DNA of 64,000 nucleotides from Curvularia clavata (Eukaryota): NCBI GenBank assembly GCA_023920165.1, contig CP089280.1, positions 1,736,001 to 1,800,000 of the forward strand, read 5' to 3'. Shown piece by piece: positions 53,801 to 63,258 of this stretch (position 1 is its first letter; each line of letters starts with the position of its first letter). The notes under the pieces were generated by a model. It saw only the letters and a program-made list of their open reading frames with translations, ran no database searches and was not told where the DNA came from. The position numbers and the translations under genes were made by a program.

Positions 53801-54591
53801 CATTTGTACCCGATTGGTGCACAGTACATCAGACCTGGCTGTCCAGCACCTTCAGGAATCTGGGCAGCCACTGAAGACGTGAGTTACTAAGGGCCTTAGC
53901 TTTGCAAAGGTATTCAACATACCATCCCGCATGCCCACACCGCCTTCGACCCACGAAGCGGGTGGGAATTCATCGCATGAGTACATCCGACCTGAATGTT
54001 CTAGTAGCGCCCCACTAGACGATTTCCTTGCTTGGATTTCAAGATCGGCGCCAGGGTTTATTGTTTCAAGCCCAGTAAACGGCCATGGACCTGGCATAAC
54101 ATTGGGCTGATCTGGTTCAGGACATCGTCGGCCATTGTCCTTCCAGGATTGCGGACACATCATTCCTCTCATATGTAATTAGGGAATATGATTAGTACGC
54201 CATGTCCTAATGATGTTTGTGATAAGAACTTTACCTATGATCACTGTTGCTCTTCACTGTATTAGGTTGAGCATCTGTGCCTTGAGAATATGCTGCTCCT
54301 TTTGAAGCATATATGTCGTATGTGAAGATATTACGACCAGGTCTTGTTGTCCAGTCCCTAAGTTCAGGGTTTTTGAGCCAATTTCGAGCATTTTGGCAGA
54401 TGGCAGGCATCTTACAACAGTTGTACTCAAGATAGACGGGCTTCTGCGGTACCATAACAGGATGGCTTTGAAAAGAATTACCCGGCTGCGCGTCGCCAGT
54501 GAGGAACACCATCTATGAGGCTGTAGTGTTGGATGAACTGTGCCTGTGCTAAACACAGAAGCAAAAGAATAAAAAACAGCCTGATAGCCAT
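50804..54591 (-). pseudogene. Decaying multi-exon secreted gene: signal peptide + NucA/NucB-like nuclease domain + partial GH18 subgroup-C chitinase + linker + Cys-rich C-terminal domain
   Basis: ATG at 54591 gives signal MAIRLFFILLLLCLAQA. Nuclease-like exons: YNCCKMPAICQNA, CPEPDQP, YSCDEFPPASWVEGG, CAP...SEQNWQG.SH..L. GH18 exons: WSF...FSDMVS...RAAFIKSL...YGFQGAGIDWK|YP...MSYDLHGPWD...GIAYYGRS...WIGYDDEET...GIMIWSIDFD. Linker VWIDPKIW...CFFPCTLVLP; GC-AG intron near 51700; tip CYNKG...IVDKCDTKGENNKHGG...CVKWRID. Several inactivating lesions. Confidence 0.8.
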
Positions 54592-55036
54592 GTTGATAAA
54601 ATGATGAGAATAACACAGACTGGGTGAAGAAAGCATCACTTCGGACGCCTTTATCTAAGGTGAGTTTGGGAGATACGGTGCATACATATTATATTTGATA
54701 ACTAGTTAGTTACCTCGCAATTGAGTCTTACTTGAGAAGGACTTGGGCCCGAGTTCGTATGATTCAATTGCTGTCAAGGCGGCTCGGGAACAAGATACGA
54801 TAGCCGCTAGGAGATGGTTCATAGCAACTAATGGTGAGCGCATTGGCCATTTCCAGAACGAAGGATTCTCACGACACACACGGTGAAGCTCGGTTCCACG
54901 TCCGATTAAGCTTCGGAAAACAAAGTGGGTCAATAGCGGAGGGTGGCTTGTCAGGGTCTACTAGTTAGCGCTCCACAGACCTTGTTTCCCTTTGGACTTT
55001 GAAATTTTGCTTCACCACATCATAGTTTCCAGCAAC

Positions 55037-55582
55037 ATGACCAGCGATATCAGCATGAATAAAGCATTCTCTCGTCTACGCTGGTCTATTTTTGAAGACA
55101 TTTCTAGTATCCAAGTCATGGATGACCCTCAATCACCAAATCCCAATCTATCGCCTTTTTGGGGTCACGCAATTGCAACAGAACCAGCCACCAACGTCCC
55201 TCTTACCGAAATTGAATTCACCAGCGACGACCTAGACAACTACATTGAATGCGATTACGATTACACCGCACCAGACGCTTTGCTTGTTAAGAGAGCCGAC
55301 GGCGGTATCGTCACCATTTCAGACGTTGTTGAACAACTAGGGCCCTACTTCTTGTCCCATAAGGAAGCTATACTTCTGGCCAAAGCAGTAATTGCAGACC
55401 CGGGGACTACTACCGTTCCCTATGATGGGCCCAAGGACGATCGGAGAACCCTTCCTGCAAATACGAGGGTCTTCTTCGATGGAACTTTTTTGGATATTAC
55501 GGATCCCCGAAAGCCATGGTTCCCAATAACTTTTTGGGTCGAAGGAGAGGATGGAGACTCAATAGAAGATCATTGGAGGTAA
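55037..55582 (+). CDS. Hypothetical acidic cytoplasmic protein (~181 aa)
   Basis: Intronless ORF MTSDISMNKAFSRLRWSIFEDISSIQV...HAIATEPAT...GIVTISDVVEQL...RVFFDG; no signal peptide; family not recognised. Confidence 0.65.
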   Translation: MTSDISMNKAFSRLRWSIFEDISSIQVMDDPQSPNPNLSPFWGHAIATEPATNVPLTEIEFTSDDLDNYIECDYDYTAPDALLVKRADGGIVTISDVVEQLGPYFLSHKEAILLAKAVIADPGTTTVPYDGPKDDRRTLPANTRVFFDGTFLDITDPRKPWFPITFWVEGEDGDSIEDHWR

Positions 55583-56218
55583 CGTGTATGGTGACGATAG
55601 TTGCTTTGATAATACAACCTGGGATTGCCTCAACCTTCTCTTGCTGAATCATTTGCATCTCTTTCCTTGTGCGTAAATATTTTCTGGCACACATAGGGTT
55701 TTCCTTGTTCAGTGTCACGATGCCGTCTCTTGCCGATGTTACGCAGTCATACCGCTATCTCAATTGCGATGGCATCATGACACGCCATGCCAATACAGCT
55801 GTAAAAACCATTACACATTCTGTATGTAGGCATGTGGCACGGTAGCGTGCAAAAGAGTGGGCATTAGTACGTGCCAACAGGCTTGATGCAGCTTAGGTAG
55901 CCGATCATCCGCGTGGCTAAACCGCTCCGTAAATTCTATGGCTAGTAGTGTCCTTGCTAGCGTAGTCTTCTAGTGTCTCGACTGTCTAGTTATGCTACTC
56001 AGTACTCGGTTATGCTAGCCGCCTCAAATTTTGCCTCGCTTGGGCAGACACGAGCTCGCCCCATCGCTCTAACAGAGTCAGGGACACTAAGCAAGGTCTA
56101 CGGGATCAGGATCCCAGGCCACGGCTGCCTAAAAAGCACAGCACAAACCGCAAGTATATAAAGTATATAGGGCACTTGAACTTGGGCAGTTGCATTTTTT
56201 TCCAAAACGCCGCACACT

Positions 56219-57679
56219 ATGCGTTTCATCTCGTCATGTTCAGGCTACATGGCCATCCTCTGGCTCTTCACCACCGCCAATGCAGCCGCCGGTGATATCG
56301 TCTGCAGATACACTGCTACAACGCCATCGACAGTCAACTCTTACATGTGCCAATACCTCGCTTACTATTATTGGATCTCCCTCGAGAAGCTTTTCGAGCT
56401 GAATCCGTCTCTGGACCTATCATGCAACACTATCAAACCTAAAACAGAGTATTGTGTAGCAGGATGTACGATATAGTGCCATTGCCATTGTCACAGACAC
56501 TAATCATCTTTAGTCCTCGATTATCCTGTTTCGACCGACGGATTCTGTGGCCCAAAGCACAACAACGCAACTTGTATTGGTACCGAGAAGCCGTGCTGTA
56601 ACGCTGCCACATGGAAATGTGGCAATTCCCCGTACGTAGTCATGAGTTACGGTGGAATGACTAAGCTGATGGATTAGCAGTGAGGATTGCGCCCCCGATA
56701 CCTGTTACGAGGGCCTCTGTGCAGGACCAACTTCTTTCTACTCTCTTGATGGGAAGTGCGGTCCTAGCACGGGCGACAAGGAATGCACAGGAAAGTGGGG
56801 AGACTGTTGCAACTACGACGGCCTGTGTGGCACAGGGCCAGATTTCTGCTCTGTAGAAAATTGTCACAATGGAGCATACGTGCCGCCGCCACGGCAGGAG
56901 CCAGTTGCTACATGGACATTCGGAACGACACCAGATGGAACCTGCGGCGGGCCTAACGGCTATACCTGCGGTGTCATCCACGGAAATTGTTGTAGCAAGG
57001 ACAACAAATGCGGCGGGACCATAGTAGAGTGTGGCACTGGTTGGTATGTTGTTCTTTATCTTGTGCCCCTAAAGATGACCTGACTGATGAAGTTTAGCCA
57101 ACCAGAGTATGGAGAATGCGACGCCCCTGACGTGACTCCTCCATCTGAGACAGACCTCTCTAGGCTTGTTTGGGATCCGAAGACTTACAGTATGTATACC
57201 CCCTCATTGAAATACGGCCACTGTGGTTTAAAAATTTTGCTAGCTTATTTTACGCCTCCGGTCAGTAAAGACGGTTCATGTGGAGGATCCAAACGGTCGA
57301 CATGCTTGGAGAGTGGTTTTGGACATTGCTGCTCGCAGCATGGCCAGTGTGGAGACACAGCCTCCCACTGTGGTCGAGGATGGTGAGCTATCTGTGGCTT
57401 AATAGGCTTGAGGCGCTGACCGTGCAACAGTCAATTCAATTATTCGAGCAGGTGTCTAATATCCGACATCCCTTCTAAGGACGGGAGCTGCGGGCGGAAC
57501 AAAGGAGGTGTCACATGTGCAGGTGGCCCGTTTGACGGCAACTGCTGCTCAATCGAAGGATGGTGTGGTGATTCAAATGCTCATTGTTATACTGGATGGT
57601 ATGTTTGAGTCTCAAACGAATGGGAGCTTACTAACAGTCTTGTAGTCAGAAGGGCTTTGGAAAGTGTAAGGAGTTGTAG
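56219..57679 (+). CDS. Secreted LysM + multiple hevein/CBM18 chitin-binding protein
   Basis: Signal peptide; fungal LysM (C..LA..Y.IS.EKLFELNPSL...C.TIKP.TEYCV); about five DGxCG...C...CC...xCG modules; six canonical introns (first at 56466); ends QKGFGKCKEL* at 57679. Confidence 0.88.
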
Positions 57680-58101
57680 TCTTGTAAGGCTTCAGGCAAG
57701 CGTTCTTGTCGCCCTGTTACAAGTAACAAAGAATGATTTCTACTCTGCAATAGGATCAGTGGTTGAGGTTCAGCACCCGTCCATGTCAGAAAGTAAAGAT
57801 CACTGTGGAGCGACGATCACGTGACTGACGTCTCGCTAAGAGTGCAGATGCCATGATCTGGCTCAGATGATTCAGATGCCAGGTCAGATTGCAATGGGTA
57901 TAAAGCATGGGCGGTTGTCATATCTATAGTGATGATGGAATATGACTCTCACGCCCTACATGTTTGCATTGCATAAGACACCGATAGAGTAAGAGAGCTT
58001 AGCTATGTAAAACAAGATTGACGTGCAGGCATCAAACAAGAGTCCTTTGATCAGAGTTAAGATAAAGCCAATTGGTTAAAGCCAGTAGCTTTGCGGACAC
58101 G

Positions 58102-58488
58102 TTACCAATTAACTTCTAAAGCTCCGCCCTCGTCAAATATGGAGGTATCACCAACATCTCGCTTCTCAATTGCCTCGTTTTCGATAAACGTCTCGCTATC
58201 CGTCTCGTTACTATCCAAAGCCCGCTTTTTAAACGGGTTCGTAAACTCGTTAGGCCAATCTGGCCCACCTCTATGCCACCAGCTCTTTCACCAAATTAGT
58301 GTGTCCGGAATCGTCTGTATGTTTTCCCCAATAGCATCGACTTTCGTAATCAATCGATTGCGCCCAGCCGTATCAGTCCACTTATCTACACCTGGGAGTG
58401 GTTGGTGGGTGACCAAAGTAAGTCCGAGCCGAGCGACATTACAGAAATCTCTATATTTATGCAGGTTGACATCAAGTGGAGAATAATT
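58102..58488 (-). pseudogene. Degenerate coding relic with KR (Kex2-like) sites
   Basis: One frame reads ...RDFCNVARLGL...KWTDTAGRNRLITKVDAIGENIQTIPDTLIW*KSWWHRGG...FKKRALD...IEKRDVG...NW*; internal TGA at 58288-58290; no start codon. Confidence 0.35.
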
Positions 58489-58950
58489 TCATCGGTCGAG
58501 CTCGTGCGTCTTCTCGGGTCAGCCCTAAGCACTAATACTATATATACAGCCACAAACCAAAATATCCCGAATACCCTACCCTGTAATGATCCACAAAGGG
58601 CAAGCCACGAACCATTAACTTTAGATGTTGAAATTTTACTACTTCTTAAAAATGGATATGCCACATTCTGTAGAGGAAGACACGACGTTTTACCCTCGAG
58701 CAGTTTTAGTTTTCAGGCGTCAGTTCTGGACTTATTGTCGTATGCGAGACATGGACACTAGAGCATCATTGGCGAAAGGTCGAAGTGCGTTCAAACGACA
58801 CTGTCATTTTTTTCTTCTATACATTTTATCCTGCTTGCACAGTAATTTGATGTCAAAGATCAAGAAAATCATAATGTCATTTAAGTGATCTTTCCCACGT
58901 ATGTGCTGCGTAGCTATCGATCGGAGCCGGCTCCCGTCCTACCCTACATC

Positions 58951-59985
58951 TTACTCAAGCGAAACGACCAGCTTTGAAGCAGAGACGCCCTTCGGAATCT
59001 CGTTCAGTCCGCCTTGGATCGCCTCCAAACCTTTTCCGATCACGCGAGCAGGCGGCGATGGGACGAAAGAGCCGTCCTTGAATCCTGCCGGGATGAAGTC
59101 ATTGTAAATGGCCGGGCCAACCTCGTTGTCCTTGAGATCGCTGCCGAAAATGAACTTGGTGGACACACCTTCTGGGAGCTCTTTCGGGGGCATGTTGGCG
59201 CTGGCGACAAATGGGTTGCCACCGATTTGGGACACGATTTGTGCGCAGATGCCCGTCGTCTCCTGGCCAATCGCCAACGCGCCTGCGCTCTTCTTACCCT
59301 GGAAAGCTTTGACGATGTCGGAAACAACTGTGTCACTGCGGTAGTCAAAGACCTGACTGGCGCCCAGTTTCTTCACATAGTCCCAGTTTTTGGGCGAAGC
59401 GGTTGAGATGACCTCGTAGCCCGATGCGACTGCCAGCTGGATAGCATTGGTGCCAACACTGGAGGCTCCACCCCAGATCAGGACGGTCTCACCAGTGGCG
59501 GGACGGGCCGGGGCGGTCGGGTGCTGCAGGGCCAGATATTCCTTCTGGTACAGGCCGCAAGCTGCCGTGGAGATGGCGAGCGGGATGACGGCGGCGTCCT
59601 CGAACGACACTGTGCTCGGGATGGGGGAGACCAGCTGCGAGGGCAGCACGGTGTAGGTCTGGAAGGCAGCATCTGCCGGTCGATTGGATTTGAGGCCTAC
59701 AGCCATGCCCAATACTCTGTCTCCGACCTTGACGTTCTTGACGCCGGAGCCGACCTCAGAAACCTCGCCTGCTACGTCGGAGCCTAGAATGCAGGGATAC
59801 TTGACCCATGGGAAGAGGGCATTTCCCATGAACTGTCTGGCCCAGTCAACGCTGTTGAGACCGAAGGCGCGGTTCTTGACCACAACCTCGTTGTCGCTGG
59901 GTGGCGTATAGTCTGCCGGCTTCACCTCGAGTGGGTTCGCCTTCTCGGCCACCAACCACGCGGCGGTATTCGTAGGCGTAGCCAT
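58951..59985 (-). CDS. Zinc-binding-type MDR oxidoreductase / trans-enoyl reductase (CipB/LovC-like)
   Basis: NSVDW, YPCILGSDVAGEV, VGDRV, AAVIPLAISTAACGLY, VLIWGGASSVG.NAIQLA, TASPKN...KLGA..VFDY, KLVV; intronless. Confidence 0.92.
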   Translation of the reverse strand: MATPTNTAAWLVAEKANPLEVKPADYTPPSDNEVVVKNRAFGLNSVDWARQFMGNALFPWVKYPCILGSDVAGEVSEVGSGVKNVKVGDRVLGMAVGLKSNRPADAAFQTYTVLPSQLVSPIPSTVSFEDAAVIPLAISTAACGLYQKEYLALQHPTAPARPATGETVLIWGGASSVGTNAIQLAVASGYEVISTASPKNWDYVKKLGASQVFDYRSDTVVSDIVKAFQGKKSAGALAIGQETTGICAQIVSQIGGNPFVASANMPPKELPEGVSTKFIFGSDLKDNEVGPAIYNDFIPAGFKDGSFVPSPPARVIGKGLEAIQGGLNEIPKGVSASKLVVSLE

Positions 59986-60668
59986 GTTTTTCCTTTGCGA
60001 TTGAAGGCACAAATGTTTGAGGGAAGACAAGCTCGTGTGCAGTTCAATCCTGAGATGGTGTGATGAGGATTCTACGCGACAGGGTCTGATTAAATGAAGC
60101 AAGCTGTTATGCCTTGTAGGACTCAATACGCAATGGGAGCATCAGAGGTACGGAATTACGCCTTGTTTCGCCCGGATTTAGGTCTTTTCTCCGTCTCCCA
60201 CTCGGCCATAAGATGGAGATACCGATCTGGTTGATTTATGAGGCAGATGGGGGACTAATTGCAGAGTTGAGATGGAGGGGAACAGTCTCATGCCTTGGTA
60301 TTCCGCTGGAATTATTCAAAGTCCGAGGCGAATCCTGAGCGAAATCCCAACCCGAATCCCGAGCCGACTCGTGTCTTCTTTGTCTCCTAAAGGCTTTATC
60401 CGACTAGCCATGCACGATACTACTACTTATGGGAGCTCAGCTCACAACAGCCACAAAGGATAGAGAAGAAATCTTCCGGAACAGGCGAGTGTACATACAG
60501 TAGAGTCACATAATAATTAAGTCACGTGACATAGCACTTCCCCTGGACCATCCTTCAAAGATTGTGAAGATAGTCCGCAGGTGAAATTCTGGTGCATCTC
60601 GCGGTTGATTTAGCATATCCATCTACTAGTAGAGTTATGCACGACTTAGCAAGGTACATATCAATTGA

Positions 60669-61715
60669 TCAATCATTCCCCCAGGTGCGGCATTTACCTT
60701 TAGTCCTGTGCCACGTATTCGACCAACACCGACTCCTATTACCAACTATAAAAATCCTGAGGTTACCAGAACCATAACGCCAGTTCCTTACCCAGCCGAA
60801 CCACCTAAGCCGGGCAGTGATGATGGTCGTAAATATGGTGGGCCGTATCCACCAATAGTCATTGACATTGGGCCTCCTAGTCCAATTTGCCCAGGCGGTT
60901 GTGGCTTCCCATGCGTTGGTTGTGGGCCCTCTCCCGGGCCATGCATTCCATTGCTCACGTGTCCGAGAGACCAGGGAGGTTTCCAAGACCCTCAAGATCC
61001 CGGCAAAGATAATGATGATGACGATGGGGATGAAACACCACTTTGTCCTTTTGGCCCAGCAGATAAGCTGGATCCAGTGAATCCACGGGATCTTGGACCG
61101 GACGAAGTCATCAAAATTTGCTATTCTGGATATCCTGGCACAAGTGATTCTGATCAGGGTGAAGATAATCCTCCTCCGCAGCCAACGTCTCGAACGCTAA
61201 CACTGATGCTGGCACCAACACCAACACCAACACCAACACCAACACCAACACCAACACCAACACCAACACCAACACCAACACCAACACCAACACCAACACC
61301 AACACCAACATCCCAACCACAGAAGTCACAGCGCTTTTGTGTCTTCTACGTCAACTATATTGATGAAGTCTCCAGTGACATGGAATGGCAATTCTTTAAC
61401 ATTCCTTGGTCAACAACAAGTTGGTATGTATGTGAGACAAAGGAGTCTTTACAATGTGGCGATGGCACGAACAAATGTCGACTAGCACCGCGTGGTGAAC
61501 TGACAAATCCCCCTTGGCCAAACGGTGAATGGACTATGACAGCTGGAAACGCTCAGGGATGTGTGTACAAGAGCGATGGTAAAGACCCTGGAACACTGAA
61601 ATGTCCGAACAAGGACTCGATGAGCTGTCAAGCAGCGGTGAATCCAGAGGAGATCGTTTGTACTCCTATATCCTGGGCTGAGAACTACTTCAACAAGTTC
61701 ATATGTGATTGGTAG
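60669..61715 (+). pseudogene. 5'-truncated orphan C-terminal half of a subgroup-C chitinase-like gene (linker + PT repeat + Cys-rich tip)
   Basis: Frame opens after TGA at 60666 with no ATG-led signal peptide. TRTITPVPYP...GPPSPICPGGCGFPC...F.DP.DP linker; tip WQFF...PPWPNG...CVYKSDGKDPGTLKC...FICDW. Confidence 0.65.
61213..61310 (+). repeat. Perfect (CACCAA)16 microsatellite encoding (PT)n
   Basis: Directly visible in the sequence. Confidence 0.95.
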
Positions 61716-61816
61716 GTCTCATGATGGCAGGTAATCACAGCAATAGATTGGATCTATAAAGAGATAAAGTTCTTGCTTTGTGAGGTATTATATGACATGC
61801 TGCAACCTAATGTTGA

Positions 61817-62586
61817 CTATCTCACGCCCATCTCATCGTATTGACGCGCCGTCGCGCTAAGCAATGTGTAGTCTAGATGGCTCCGAGTTGCATGTAATGC
61901 CTGACCAAATAGATTCTGTCCCCATTGTTCCTTGCCAACTTGGATAGCGTCGGAGGCGTTAAAGCCGATTCCAAACAATCGATCATGAGGAGATGCGAGT
62001 ACAAACTCTCTCGTGCCGAAGGACTCCAGCCGCCTCTTTAAGGGAGCTGAAACGAAGAACTTCGCGATGTTTGCGCGAGTCGCAATATCCAAAGCATCTG
62101 AGAGTCAGTGAGTAGAAGAACAGGGCATATAATCATTGAGAGAAACAGTACGTTCTTCCCAAACTGTGTCACTAATTCCCTTTATATTCCCTCCCCATAA
62201 CTTTTGCTCTTCTGCAGTATCCGCGGCCAATATCTGTTTCAGTGCATCCTAAGAGTTTATTAGCGACTAGAGGAAAGCCAGAAGGGAATTCTTACATTAT
62301 CCCCAAATAGCCGGGCTTTCTCTGCTAGTATGGAGTGTCCAACAGAAGTATATCGCACGCCGCTTTCTTTGAACACACACTTGTACCACGGAGAGAGGAA
62401 CCCAACTTCTCTCTCCGTCTCCTTCCAGAAGAAAACTGGATGGTCTCCATCCTCAGTTGGTTCCTGGGCAGTGCTGCTGTTTGCGATCGACCGTTGCTGA
62501 CGACCTCGATTGCCAGCCCCTGAGCGGGCACTTGGCCGAGCTGCGCGGGTTGCCGGCTTCTTACTTTTACTCTTTGCTTTAGGCAT
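61817..62586 (-). CDS. NADAR/YbiA (DUF1768) family protein, divergent
   Basis: Three exons: VFFW...GFLSPWY..F....YTSVGHSILAEKARLFGDN|...KLWGRNIKG...VWEE|...ANIAKF...ASPHDRLFGIG...WGQNLFGQAL..TR. Confidence 0.8.
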
Positions 62587-63258
62587 TAAGTTTTGTAAAA
62601 TCTGCGAAAGCTAGTCGCTGTAGATTTGGCTGGGGCCTTATACATATGATCAAAGGCTGGGCTTGGTAGGCATGGAGTGATTGGCTGGTTCTTCGGCCAT
62701 ACTACCTTCTTACACCCCACTAAAATATCCTTGTTTAAGTGGCAGGCCTGAGGAGGCTAGCGGACATCTGCTATCGAGGCTAAGCAACAAACACTTGAGA
62801 GTTTATGAAATCACATGCCATAGTAGATAGCCCGTTGTCCAAGTGCGCCTTGTTGTTATCAACTTACCGGGCTGACTAGGTAGGTAGGAACCTGCGCCGC
62901 GACTTGGATCCGGATTTCCCTATGCAGTAAAATGAAGCGCTCGTCAGTTGTTGATGGACAGTTTGAAAGCGGCGTAGCATCAGCTGGACTCCCGAAACTA
63001 ATAGTTCCTAATATCTTTATAGGTTAAAGGAAAGGATAGTTATTCAATAGTTGGAAGATTATTGGCAATAACGTTGATGCTTAGAGGATATGAGAACCGT
63101 ATACAGAGAGTTCTGTCTGAAATCCTGTATCTACCATTAAGAAGCATATAGCCAGTTCTCGGGCAAAGATACTCCTATTAAACCTGTAGGCCCTACTTTT
63201 AATAATACATCTGCTGGAAGAAACCTGTTCATTAATCAATCCATCGACCAATCCCCCA

